Source of the DNA: Mycobacterium sp.
GTDB lineage: Bacteria > Actinomycetota > Actinomycetes > Mycobacteriales > Mycobacteriaceae
Assembly: GCA_035996225.1 (NCBI GenBank)
Contig: DASYJS010000370.1
Span: forward strand, 3,917-67,916
Reading direction: 5' to 3'
Length of the DNA stretch: 64,000 nt
A program made the position numbers and the translations under genes. The notes under the pieces were generated by a model, which saw only the letters and a list, made by a program, of their open reading frames with translations, was not told where the DNA came from and ran no database searches. Of this stretch, positions 1 through 8,652 are shown piece by piece; position 1 is the stretch's first letter, and each line of letters opens with the position of its first letter.

Positions 1-543
1 CGGCGACGGGCTCTCGGCAGATTCGGGTCGGCGGATCCGCTTCGGCTTGGCCGGGCGTGATGCGGTCGGCACCTCGGCGGTCCGGTCGGGTTCGGGCTCG
101 TCGCCGTTCGGGTAGTTCGTGACCTTGAGGTCGGGAATCTCCGAGGCGACGTCGAGCGAGTAGGCCGGAATATCGATGACCTGGGTGTCCTGCTGGTCGA
201 CGAACACATCCGGATCGGGTTCGGGGGGTTCGTCGTCGAGGTTGACGCGGCGGTGACGGGTGCCGGTGGTGTCGGCGCCGACTTTGGCGATCAGGTCAGC
301 GACGCTGAGCGCTCCGGAGGCATGACTTCCGGCCTTTTCCGCACCGCGTGCCGGTAGCCCGACGGCCTCGACTGCGGCGTCCGCGTGATGGTCGGTGGGT
401 GGCTCAACCTGCCATCGGTGGATGCTGTCATCGGCGGGCGGTTCGGTGAACCGCTCCCACGGCGCGGCGCCGAACGAGGCTGGTTGGCGGTCGCGGTAGC
501 CGTGGCGATGGCCAGGAGTGGCGTCTACCTCGCCGTCACTCAT
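1..543 (-). CDS. Partial CDS (first 181 codons, continues past window start); acidic/Pro-rich N-terminus; possibly the LytR-CpsA-Psr family Rv0822c orthologue by synteny
   Basis: My own translation of the minus strand: ATG at 543 preceded by GGAGG (cggaggcgagtagagcATG), reads MSDGEVDATPGHRHGYRDRQPASFGAAPWERF... with no stop down to base 1. Not in the ORF track because it has no stop in the window. Family assignment comes only from its position next to dus/desA1. Confidence 0.55.
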   Translation of the reverse strand, partial: MSDGEVDATPGHRHGYRDRQPASFGAAPWERFTEPPADDSIHRWQVEPPTDHHADAAVEAVGLPARGAEKAGSHASGALSVADLIAKVGADTTGTRHRRVNLDDEPPEPDPDVFVDQQDTQVIDIPAYSLDVASEIPDLKVTNYPNGDEPEPDRTAEVPTASRPAKPKRIRRPESAESPSP

Positions 544-767
544 GCTCTACTCGCCTCCGAAGGTCTGATGCCGCCGTCAGTGATGTCCGTGCGCCAAATC
601 ACCGCAGCGCCGCGCTATCAGCGCTGCAACCTCGCTACCCGTCAGGTCGCGCCGTATTCAGTAGCCCCTGCGCAGCGGGATAACCAAACCGCCGCCCAAA
701 CGCAATCCAGCAAGGTCCACATCGTACTGACTTATCGCCCCAGACGCGATTTCGAGCGGCGTTCGGT

Positions 768-1901
768 TCAACCGCCGGAATGCATGACGTCGGCTCCCGC
801 CGGGACCGTGCAGTCGTCGGGGTCGTTCAGCCAACCTTCGGGCAGGGCGACGCGGGCAGGGGAACCTTGCCGGCCTCGCGGCCCGGTCGCCGCCTCCGGG
901 AAGGGGACGCTTCCATCCAGCCGGTCCAGCAGCGTGTCGAGTTCGTCGAGCGTGTTGACCAGGGCGAGTGCTCGCCGCAATTCGGAGCCCGCCGGGAAGC
1001 CATGCAGATACCAGGCGACGTGCTTGCGGATGTCACGCATGCCCTTGTCCTCACCGAAATGCGCGGTGAGCAACTCGCCGTGCCGACGCACGATGTCGGC
1101 GACTTCGCCGAGCGTCGGCGGGGTGGGAGCCGGACTACCGGTGAACGCGGCCGATAGTTCGGCGAACAGCCAGGGCCGGCCCAGACATCCGCGGCCGATC
1201 ACGACGCCGTCGCAGCCGGTGCTGGCCATCATCGTCAACGCATCACTGGCATCGTAGATGTCGCCATTGCCGAGCACCGGAATCGTTTGCACCTGCTGTT
1301 TGAGTAGGGCGATCTGCTCCCAATCGGCGGTGCCGGAGTAGCGCTGAGCCGCCGTCCGGGCATGCAGCGCGACCGCTGCCGCGCCTTCGGCTTCGGCGAT
1401 GCGCCCGGCATCCAGGTGTGTGTGGTGCCCGTCGTCGATGCCGATGCGGAACTTGACCGTCACCGGGATGTCGGTGCCTTCGGTGGCGCGCACCGCCGCG
1501 GCCACGATCTGGCCGAACAGCCTGCGCTTGAACGGCAGCGCCGCACCGCCACCGCGCTTGGTGACCTTGGGTACCGGGCAGCCGAAATTCATGTCGATGT
1601 GATCTGCCAGATCGTCGTCCGCGATCATCTTGGCCGCCGCGTACGTCGTTGCCGGGTCGACGGTGTACAGCTGCAGCGAGCGTGGCGACTCATCCGGCGA
1701 GAACGTCGTCATGTGCAGGGTGACCGGATGCCGCTCGACGAGGGCACGCGCGGTCACCATCTCGCACACGTACAGGCCGCTGACCGTGCCGACCTTCGAC
1801 TGCTCTAGTTCACGGCACAGCGTCCGGAATGCGACGTTCGTCACACCGGCCATCGGGGCCAGCACCACCGGGCTGGCGAGAGTGATCGGACCGATGCGCA
1901 A
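768..1901 (-). CDS. dus: tRNA-dihydrouridine synthase (Rv0823c-like)
   Basis: 377 aa; LAPMAGVTNVAFR N-terminus, NFGCPVPKV catalytic Cys motif, TIM-barrel Dus pattern (VTVKFRIG, GNGDI, VVIGRGCLGRPW). Synteny with desA1. Confidence 0.9.
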   Translation of the reverse strand: MRIGPITLASPVVLAPMAGVTNVAFRTLCRELEQSKVGTVSGLYVCEMVTARALVERHPVTLHMTTFSPDESPRSLQLYTVDPATTYAAAKMIADDDLADHIDMNFGCPVPKVTKRGGGAALPFKRRLFGQIVAAAVRATEGTDIPVTVKFRIGIDDGHHTHLDAGRIAEAEGAAAVALHARTAAQRYSGTADWEQIALLKQQVQTIPVLGNGDIYDASDALTMMASTGCDGVVIGRGCLGRPWLFAELSAAFTGSPAPTPPTLGEVADIVRRHGELLTAHFGEDKGMRDIRKHVAWYLHGFPAGSELRRALALVNTLDELDTLLDRLDGSVPFPEAATGPRGRQGSPARVALPEGWLNDPDDCTVPAGADVMHSGG

Positions 1902-1908
1902 CGACGGG

Positions 1909-2931
1909 CTACCGACGGCTCATTACGAGTTTGCCGGCGGTTTTGTGCAGCTCGATTGCGGTGACCTTCTTGCCCGTACGGACTTCGCGGTCGAGTTGGC
2001 GCTGCTTGGACACCTCGAACTTGTCGCAGGCCATCTCGAGTTCCTGGATCAGCACGGCGAGGTCATCGCGCAACGCGGCTGCTTCACCGGTGAAGTCCTC
2101 GCGCTCGAAGATGCGCCATTTCTTCAGCACCGGCATGACGACCTCGTCGAGGTGGATGCGCGGATCGTAGACGCCCCCGACGGCGATGAACACGGCCTTG
2201 CGGCGGAACTCGGGCACCTGGAAGCCGGGCATCTGGAAGTTGCGCAGGATCTTGTGCAGCGACTGCATCGCCTGATTGGGCGAGATTGCGAACCCGGCGT
2301 CGCTGACATCACGGTAGAAGATCATGTGCAGGTTCTCGTCGGCCGAGATCTTGCCCAGCAACTGGTCGGCGATCGTTTCGTTGCAGGCTTTACCCGTATT
2401 GCGGTGCGAAATTCGGGTCGCCAGCTCCTGGAACGTGACGTAGATGACCGAATCGAACAGGCTCGTGGCGAATATGTCGTCTCGAATCTGGTGGTTCTGG
2501 CCCGGGCTGAAGCCCCGGTTGACCACCTCGAGGCGCAGCTTCTCCAATTCCACCGGGTCGACCGCGCGGGTCACCACCAGGTAGTCGCGCAGCGCGATCC
2601 CGTGCCGGTTCTCTTCGGCGGTCCACCGGTTGACCCACTGGCCCCAGGGGCCGTCCAGGCCGAAGTTCATCGCGATCTCGCGGTGATACGACGGCAGATT
2701 GTCTTCCGTCATCAGGTTCTGCACCATCGCCACCTGGGCGAGGTCAGAAAGCTTGCTTTCCTCCGGGTGCCACTCCTGGCCGCCGAGCGCGTAGAAGTTC
2801 TTCCCATCTGACCACGGTATGTAGTCGTGCGGGTTCCAGGACTTATGCATGCTCAGGTGACGGTTCAGGTTCTTCTCGACGACGGGCTCAAGTTCGTGTA
2901 GTAGCTGCAGCTCGGTCAGCTTGCCGGACAT
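1909..2931 (-). CDS. desA1: Acyl-ACP desaturase DesA1 (di-iron stearoyl-ACP desaturase family)
   Basis: 340 aa; MSGKLTELQLLHELEPVVEKNLNRHL..., EENRHG and DENLH di-iron motifs; matches remembered Rv0824c; GGGGG Shine-Dalgarno before the ATG. Confidence 0.92.
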   Translation of the reverse strand: MSGKLTELQLLHELEPVVEKNLNRHLSMHKSWNPHDYIPWSDGKNFYALGGQEWHPEESKLSDLAQVAMVQNLMTEDNLPSYHREIAMNFGLDGPWGQWVNRWTAEENRHGIALRDYLVVTRAVDPVELEKLRLEVVNRGFSPGQNHQIRDDIFATSLFDSVIYVTFQELATRISHRNTGKACNETIADQLLGKISADENLHMIFYRDVSDAGFAISPNQAMQSLHKILRNFQMPGFQVPEFRRKAVFIAVGGVYDPRIHLDEVVMPVLKKWRIFEREDFTGEAAALRDDLAVLIQELEMACDKFEVSKQRQLDREVRTGKKVTAIELHKTAGKLVMSRR

Positions 2932-2941
2932 GACACCCCCA

Positions 2942-2995
2942 GTTATCTGTGTCCATTGGTTGCATCAATATATCTGTGTCGGTCAGTAGCATCAA
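2942..2995. repeat. Two tandem 27-bp direct repeats in the desA1 5' region
   Basis: On the desA1 sense strand: TTGATGCtactgaccGACACAGATAta / TTGATGCaaccaatgGACACAGATAac. 20/27 identical, with both 7-mer and 10-mer cores perfect. Ends 10 nt before the desA1 ATG. Confidence 0.6.
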
Positions 2996-3066
2996 GTTCT
3001 CGCCCGTCCGTGGCGGGTCACAACTCTGCGTCGGAATGCGGGCGCTGCCCGCCGGACGCAAAGCCG

Positions 3067-3678
3067 CTACTCCGATACCCCTTCGGGGGGCGGTACATAC
3101 GGGGCCGCCGTGTTGAAAAGCATGTTGACGCAGTAATCGATGAACTGCTTGCGGCTGGCCCCCAGCTGTCTGTTCAGGTACGCGGTGAACAGACTTGTCA
3201 GACCGCCGACCAGGCTGGTCGCGATCATTTTCTGCAGTACAGGATCGCCGATGCCCGACAGCTTGCGCTGCAGGAGATCGATGAAGTTGGGCATCCACTC
3301 CGCGCCCGACTGGGTCAGGATCGGCTCGACGGCCGGGGCCAAGAGCAGCACGCGCCCGCGCACCGGGTCGTCGACCATCAGCTCGACGAATTGTTCGACC
3401 GCTTCTCGAGGGGTGTCCGCCGACGTGAGGGTCGTCATGGCCCGCGCGCAGACATCGTCGTACACCGCGCGCACGAATTCGTCCCGGTCGGTGAAGCTCT
3501 CGTAGAAATATCGTTCGGTCAGCGCGGCCTTGCGGCAGACGGCACGGACCGTCAGGGCAGGCCCGCGCTCGCTGCCCAATAACTGCACGCCAGCGGCGAT
3601 GAGGTTGTCGCGACGAAGGGCGTGGCGACTTTCCAGGGGGACGCCTGACCAACGGCCCCGTCGTTGACCAGACTGCAC
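3067..3678 (-). CDS. TetR family transcriptional regulator (Rv0825c-like)
   Basis: HTH region LTVRAVCRKAALTERYFYESF. I prefer the GTG at 3678 (AGGAG 4 nt upstream) over the ORF-track start at 3717. Confidence 0.85.
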   Translation of the reverse strand: MQSGQRRGRWSGVPLESRHALRRDNLIAAGVQLLGSERGPALTVRAVCRKAALTERYFYESFTDRDEFVRAVYDDVCARAMTTLTSADTPREAVEQFVELMVDDPVRGRVLLLAPAVEPILTQSGAEWMPNFIDLLQRKLSGIGDPVLQKMIATSLVGGLTSLFTAYLNRQLGASRKQFIDYCVNMLFNTAAPYVPPPEGVSE

Positions 3679-3697
3679 ATCGCTCCTAAGCTTCAAA

Positions 3698-3717
3698 GTG
3701 ACAACGCACGTAGTCAC
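3698..3717. promoter_or_regulatory. Candidate TetR operator in the divergent intergenic region
   Basis: GTGACaACGcaCGTaGTCAC: 20 bp with 16 symmetric positions, between TetR (start 3678) and the Rv0826-like gene. Confidence 0.35.
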
Positions 3718-3745
3718 AATTTCGGCTAGCTACAGGAAACCCACA

Positions 3746-4810
3746 GTGAACCAACATACGTCCGCAGCGTGTCCACTGACCAGCGGCGAAGCTGGTCGCG
3801 GCGCGCCCACCGTCGGCCAGGTGGCAATTTCTCCTGATGGGCCCAATGGTGTCGCCGGTGGCTGTCCGGTGTCGCCGTCGGGATATCAGGCGCCGCCGAT
3901 CCCGCTCGGCCCGGATTCTTTGACATGGCGCTACTTCGGGGATTGGCGCGGCATGTTGCAGGGCCCGTGGGCAGGCTCCATGCAGAACATGCACCCCCAG
4001 CTGGGTGCGGCGGTCATCGACCACTCGACTTTCTTCCGGGAACGCTGGCCCCGCCTACTGCGGTCGCTGTACCCGATCGGCGGAGTTGTCTTCGACCAAG
4101 ACCGCGCCCCGGTCACCGGCGCCGAGGTGCGCGACTACCACGTCGACATCAAAGGTGTTGACGAACAGGGTCGCCGCTACCACGCGCTGAACCCCGACGT
4201 CTTCTACTGGGCGCATGCCACCTTCTTCGTCGGGACTATCCATGTGGCCGAACGGTTTTGCGGCGGCCTGACCGAGGCGCAGAAACGCCAATTGTTCGAC
4301 GAACATGTCGACTGGTACCGGATGTACGGCATGAGCATGCGGCCGGTACCGGCGTGCTGGGAGGAATTTCAGGTTTACTGGGACCACATGTGCCGCAACG
4401 TGTTAGAGAACAACGAGGCCGCACGTGCCGTGCTGGATCTGACTGAGCTGCCCAAACCTCCATACGCGCGGGGGGTTCCGGACTGGTTGTGGGCGGCGCA
4501 ACGCAAACTGCTGGCGCCGTTCTTCGTCTGGTTCACCGTCGGTCTTTACGAGCCGCCGGTTCGCCAACTGATGGGCTACCGGTGGTCACGCCGCGACGAA
4601 TGGCTGCACCGGCGGCTCGGTAACCTGGTTCGTCTCGTTTTCTCCTGTGTGCCAACACGATTCCGCAAACACCCTCGGGCCAGGGCCGGTTTGGATCGTG
4701 CCTCTGGACGGATCCCGACCGGCACGCCGCTGGTGCACACACCGGCGCGCAACCTGCCGCCGCTCGATGAGCGCGACAACCCGATGCACTACTGCCCCAA
4801 GGTTTCCTAG
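3746..4810 (+). CDS. MpaB/DUF2236-family oxygenase-like protein (Rv0826-like)
   Basis: LTWRYFGDWRGMLQGPWAGSMQNMHPQLG... is typical of DUF2236 as I remember it. Start uncertain: GTG at 3746 with a weak AGGAAA, or GTG at 3698. Confidence 0.75.
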   Translation: MNQHTSAACPLTSGEAGRGAPTVGQVAISPDGPNGVAGGCPVSPSGYQAPPIPLGPDSLTWRYFGDWRGMLQGPWAGSMQNMHPQLGAAVIDHSTFFRERWPRLLRSLYPIGGVVFDQDRAPVTGAEVRDYHVDIKGVDEQGRRYHALNPDVFYWAHATFFVGTIHVAERFCGGLTEAQKRQLFDEHVDWYRMYGMSMRPVPACWEEFQVYWDHMCRNVLENNEAARAVLDLTELPKPPYARGVPDWLWAAQRKLLAPFFVWFTVGLYEPPVRQLMGYRWSRRDEWLHRRLGNLVRLVFSCVPTRFRKHPRARAGLDRASGRIPTGTPLVHTPARNLPPLDERDNPMHYCPKVS

Positions 4811-4842
4811 CGATCCTTGTTTTTTGGGTAGTGTCCTGCGTG

Positions 4843-5046
4843 TTATGCGTGGGCGTGACTGTGCACGTCTTCCAGACCGGACTGATGCACGTGCTGATGG
4901 CTGTGCTCGGTCCCGTCCTGGTGGGCGTGGGAGTGCTCGTGCGTGACGTGCTCGTGCTCATGCGTGGTGTGCGCGTGCGTGTGAGCCACATCGGCGTGCT
5001 GGTGTTCGTGCGCGTGCGCGGTGTCATGGGTGTGCGGCTCGGTCAT
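4843..5046 (-). CDS. Small histidine-rich protein (67 aa, 23 His, HxH repeats), putative metal-binding peptide co-transcribed with kmtR
   Basis: MTEPHTHDTAHAHEHQHADVAHTHAHTTHEHEHVTHEHSHAHQDGTEHSHQHVHQSGLEDVHSHAHA. GAGGAG lies 7 nt upstream of the ATG. The ORF sits 41 nt downstream of the kmtR stop on the same strand. Confidence 0.6.
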   Translation of the reverse strand: MTEPHTHDTAHAHEHQHADVAHTHAHTTHEHEHVTHEHSHAHQDGTEHSHQHVHQSGLEDVHSHAHA

Positions 5047-5087
5047 GGTCAGCTCCTCGTCCGAAATATGTGGTGGTTAGCCGTTGT

Positions 5088-5477
5088 TCACGGTTTTGGC
5101 GATGCCGATGATTCGGCCACCGCCTTCAGTCCAGTACCGTCGCGGTGATGCCGGGGAACCCCGGGTCCGGCGTGCTCGGCGTTGAAGACAGCGTCGATGA
5201 CGAGCTGGCGGACGTGGTCGTTCTCTAGGCTGTAGAAGATCGTGGTGCCGTCTCGGCGGGTGCGTACCAGGCGTGCCATCCGCAGTTTCGCAAGGTGCTG
5301 GGACACCGATGGCGCCGGCTTGCCGACGTGCTCGGCAAGCTCGTTGACCGACATCTCGCGGTGCGTCAACGACCACAGCACCTGCACCCGGGTGGCGTCG
5401 GCCAGCATGCGGAAGGCTTCGACCATCAAACTGGTTTGGTCGTCCGGCAACCGGGCTTCACTATTACCTGCATGCAT
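5088..5477 (-). CDS. kmtR: ArsR/SmtB-family Ni(II)/Co(II)-sensing repressor KmtR
   Basis: 129 aa; near-identical stretches to remembered Rv0827c (FRMLADATRVQVLWSL..REMSVNELAE.VGKPAPSVSQHLAKLRMARLVRTRRDGTTIFY). C-terminal ligand region DHVRQL...NAEHAGPG.PRHH is conserved. Confidence 0.9.
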   Translation of the reverse strand: MHAGNSEARLPDDQTSLMVEAFRMLADATRVQVLWSLTHREMSVNELAEHVGKPAPSVSQHLAKLRMARLVRTRRDGTTIFYSLENDHVRQLVIDAVFNAEHAGPGVPRHHRDGTGLKAVAESSASPKP

Positions 5478-5488
5478 ACGCAGATAAT
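5463..5488. promoter_or_regulatory. Candidate KmtR auto-operator: hyphenated inverted repeat overlapping the kmtR start codon
   Basis: ATTACCTGC-atgcatac-GCAGATAAT; arms 8/9 complementary. The kmtR start codon (5475-5477) lies in the spacer. Confidence 0.35.
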
Positions 5489-5516
5489 AGCTCGAACATC
5501 GCTTTGGGCGGCGGGT

Positions 5517-6017
5517 TCAGCCGGGCGGGACCACCGTCGATTTGCGTTGGCCGCCGTTGCGTTCATGCCACAGTCGGTAGACGTCCACCGCGGCATCGTG
5601 GGGCTGGTATCGCATGGGCAGGCGCCGCTGGTCCCAGCTCTTCGCGAATTCGTCGTAAAACGTTGAGACCTCGAAGTATTTACGGTCGTCGAGGTAGTAC
5701 TGCTCGTAGGACTCGCGCGTGATCAAGAAGACGACTTCCTTGGGGGAGCAGTAGTACAGCGAGCCCAGGCACATCGGGCACGGTTGGGCCATCACGTAGA
5801 TGGTGGCGTCGACCAGGTGCTCGGTGCCCAGCTTCATGCACGCCTCCCGTATCGCGAGGATCTCGGCGTGGGCGGTTGGGTCGTTGGTCTGGGCGACCTT
5901 GTTGGCGCTCTCGGCGAGGACTTCGCCGTCTTTGACGATCACCGTCGCGAACGGACGGCCGCCCTCGGCGACGTTTTGGCGGGCCAGGTCGATCGTCCGT
6001 TGGGCAAAGTCAGTCAC
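5517..6017 (-). CDS. CMP/dCMP-type zinc deaminase (guanine/cytidine deaminase family, Rv0828c-like)
   Basis: HAE...PCPMC zinc-binding signature ([20 protein letters not shown]). Confidence 0.88.
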   Translation of the reverse strand: MTDFAQRTIDLARQNVAEGGRPFATVIVKDGEVLAESANKVAQTNDPTAHAEILAIREACMKLGTEHLVDATIYVMAQPCPMCLGSLYYCSPKEVVFLITRESYEQYYLDDRKYFEVSTFYDEFAKSWDQRRLPMRYQPHDAAVDVYRLWHERNGGQRKSTVVPPG

Positions 6018-6145
6018 GGGGTCCTCCGGCGCGCAAAGACGGGGATCAGATAACTCGGAGCGTAGTCCCGGCAGGTCCCGGCGCCGCCGCTGTGGTAATA
6101 ACTAGCCTATCTATATTTGTTTCGGTTTACGGAGTAGGGAGCACC

Positions 6146-7045
6146 ATGGCGCGCACCGATAGCGATCGCTGGGATCTCGCGACGAGTGTCGGGGCCACGG
6201 CAACGATGGTCGCCGCCCAGCGGGCGCTGTCCAGCGACGAGAAGTTGATTGACGATCCCTATGCCGCGCCGTTGGTGCGTGCAGTCGGGATAGATGTGTA
6301 CGTCCGGTTGGTCAACGGGGAGATTCCGGTTGGCGAGGATTCCGAATTCGATCCACAGCGGATGGCCGAAGGGATGGCCTGTCGCACCAGGTTCTACGAC
6401 CAGTTCTTTCTCGGAGCGGCACAGAGCGGCGTTGCCCAGGCGGTGATTCTCGCCTCGGGTCTCGATGCACGTGCTTACCGCTTGCCGTGGCCGGCGGGCA
6501 CCGTCGTCTACGAGGTCGACATGCCCGAGGTGATCGAGTTCAAGACCCTCACGCTGAGCGACCTCGGTGCCGAGCCGACCGCCGAGCGGCGCACCGTCGC
6601 TGTCGATCTGCGCGACGATTGGGCCACCGCACTGCAGGCGGCGGGATTCGACCCGAAGGCTCCCTCGGTGTGGAGCGCCGAGGGCCTGCTGGTGTACCTA
6701 CCGGACGACGCTCAGGACGCGCTGTTCGACAACATCACCGCGCTGAGCGCCCCGGGCAGCCGGCTGGCGTTCGAATTCGTGCCCGACACAGCGATTTTCG
6801 CGGATCCGCGATGGCGCGCACACCACGACCGGATGAGCGAATTCGGGTTCGAAGTCGATTTCAACGATCTCGTCTATCACGGTCAGCGCAGCCACATCGT
6901 CGACTACCTCAAGCAGCGCGGCTGGGCAGTGTCCTCCCACTCGGTCAAGGAACTGCACGCGGCCAACGGGTTTCACTATCCCGACGACGAGGTCGCGGAA
7001 GCCTTCGCCGATGTGACCTACAGCAGCGCGGTGCTGACGCGATAA
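6146..7045 (+). CDS. SAM-dependent O-methyltransferase, mycobacterial Rv0830/ML2640 family
   Basis: [27 protein letters not shown]..., [21 protein letters not shown] family signatures. ATG at 6146 with GGAGTAGGGAG upstream is preferred to the track start at 6092. Confidence 0.88.
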   Translation: MARTDSDRWDLATSVGATATMVAAQRALSSDEKLIDDPYAAPLVRAVGIDVYVRLVNGEIPVGEDSEFDPQRMAEGMACRTRFYDQFFLGAAQSGVAQAVILASGLDARAYRLPWPAGTVVYEVDMPEVIEFKTLTLSDLGAEPTAERRTVAVDLRDDWATALQAAGFDPKAPSVWSAEGLLVYLPDDAQDALFDNITALSAPGSRLAFEFVPDTAIFADPRWRAHHDRMSEFGFEVDFNDLVYHGQRSHIVDYLKQRGWAVSSHSVKELHAANGFHYPDDEVAEAFADVTYSSAVLTR

Positions 7046-7070
7046 CACCGAAAGATGTGGCGGGTGGGCC

Positions 7071-7883
7071 TCAGCGAAGCAGGTCATCCCGCAGGCGGCT
7101 GGTGAGCAGTTCCGAAAACACCGCACGAGCCGGTTCATAAAGGTTGTGAAAAGTCCCACGAACCGCATCCCGGTTGTATTCGGGAATTGACGCGACCGGG
7201 GTCCAGAAGCTGTCGATGTCCAACTGGAAGAACGGTCCGGGCTCTCCCGGCATCCTCCGGCGAAGGTAGTAGTTGGGATCGAGCACCTGGCCCATGCCTG
7301 GCCCGTAGCGCACGATCATCGATTTGCCTGGCTTCTGCTCGCGGTAAACCGCAGCGCCCTGCCATTCGGTCAGGGCCAGCCCGCCGGGAGCGATGCGTTG
7401 CGGCCCGAGCAGCGGCTCGGCGATCCATTCGGCCCAGTCGATGCGACCATCAGGGCCCGCCGGGACTCGGATCTCCAGGAGATAGCGCAGACCGATGCGC
7501 TCCACCCCGACGATCGACGACACCTGCGAGCGGGCGTCGAGGACCCGCATCGCGACGTCGGACAACGCCTCGAAGGTGGAGTAGGCGGTCGTTTCGATGA
7601 CGACTGCCTGATTTTTTATCGAGGCGGCTTGCGTGCTGTCCCGGTTGACGTAACGGACGAAGTGCTCGGCCGTTGGTGCCGGACTTCCCCCGGGACCCAC
7701 GCCCCACGCCATGTCCTGAGCTTGGCGTTCGATCGGCAGGTCGTCGGCGAGAAGGCGTTTGAGCTCTCGGCTCGACGATTCGGTGAGGGAATCCGTTGCG
7801 GGGTGACGGATTTCCATCGTTACCAGGGCAACGGGCGCATTTTGCCAGGCCGGATCGACACTCACCTCGCGAAGCATAGCCAA
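7071..7883 (-). CDS. Conserved hypothetical protein (TIGR04255-like, Rv0831c-like)
   Basis: 270-aa ORF with coding-like composition; position matches Rv0831c. Family name is from memory only. Confidence 0.7.
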   Translation of the reverse strand: MAMLREVSVDPAWQNAPVALVTMEIRHPATDSLTESSSRELKRLLADDLPIERQAQDMAWGVGPGGSPAPTAEHFVRYVNRDSTQAASIKNQAVVIETTAYSTFEALSDVAMRVLDARSQVSSIVGVERIGLRYLLEIRVPAGPDGRIDWAEWIAEPLLGPQRIAPGGLALTEWQGAAVYREQKPGKSMIVRYGPGMGQVLDPNYYLRRRMPGEPGPFFQLDIDSFWTPVASIPEYNRDAVRGTFHNLYEPARAVFSELLTSRLRDDLLR

Positions 7884-8441
7884 GTCGTGGGGCGATCACA
7901 CGAGGGCCGAGCCGCACGGCTGAGGGGCCAACAAGCCGACGAAACGCGCGCCGGCCGCTCCCTAGCGGCGCAGCACGACGCGGCGACCGGGCTGCGCCGA
8001 GGTCCAGTCATTGCCCGACGTAGCGCGCCATTTTGGGCGGATCGGGATCCTGCAGCGCCGGTCAAGCTGGCGTTTCCAACGCCGTGAACCCGGGTAGCTG
8101 ACACCCATAAACGCCACGGGAACGGGAGAACTAGCGTGACCACCGCCGAACAGCCAGAGCCAGAAGGCGACGAGCAGCCCCCTCAAGCGGACGATAAGCA
8201 AGAAAATGACGTGTCCGCCGACCATAGCCCCACCTCGGCACCGCCCGGCGAGACCACAACTGCAGGCGAGTGAGGCACACCTACCGGGCGGAATGGTCAC
8301 CAGGGCTGGCACCCACCGAGCCGTCAAGCGATCGCGGCATCGAGCGAGTGCTCGGCGAGGTCGCTGTAGATATGGAGGCCGCAGGTTGAACGCAACGGAA
8401 GACCCCTCGGCGAATAGACGTCGGCTGGGCTGCCATTTTGG

Positions 8442-8514
8442 TGCCCCCACTAGGACTCGAACCTAGGACCTGCGGATTAAAAGTCCGTAGCTCTACCAAC
8501 TGAGCTATAGGGGC
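8442..8514 (-). tRNA. lysT: tRNA-Lys (anticodon UUU)
   Basis: Reverse complement GCCCCTATAGCTCAGTTGGTAGAGCTACGGACTTTTAATCCGCAGGTCCTAGGTTCGAGTCCTAGTGGGGGCA folds as a cloverleaf; anticodon loop CTTTTAA. CCA is encoded at 8439-8441. Confidence 0.93.
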
Positions 8515-8652
8515 AGTGACGATTCAGGATACTTGGGCCAGAATCGCGACTCGAACGCCGCTCGTTTGAGGATTGGGCCTGCGGTGACCTAAGCTGGCGT
8601 GGCTCCCAACGGTAGTTGCGTTGCGAGTGCCCCCGGAGTGATTCGGACTTTG

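Noticed and set aside
385-1257. 290-aa plus-strand ORF overlapping the dus gene and the upstream intergenic region
   Set aside because: It is antisense to a strongly supported dus CDS. Its Arg/Ser/Pro-rich low-complexity translation is typical of shadow ORFs in high-GC DNA, and it has no motif.
4831-5148. 105-aa Val/Gly/Leu-rich plus-strand ORF that mirrors the His-rich ORF
   Set aside because: It is the GTG/CAC complement artefact of the His codons. It has no SD and runs 60 nt into the kmtR 3' end in antisense. The minus-strand ORF has a GAGGAG SD and operon logic. Codon-position GC cannot formally exclude the plus-strand ORF.
7962-8450. 162-aa minus-strand ORF and the antisense 46-codon acidic ORF (8136-8273)
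   Set aside because: The long ORF starts inside tRNA-Lys and is mostly Arg/Trp-rich nonsense. Neither short alternative has decisive support. Reported only as an unexplained gap.
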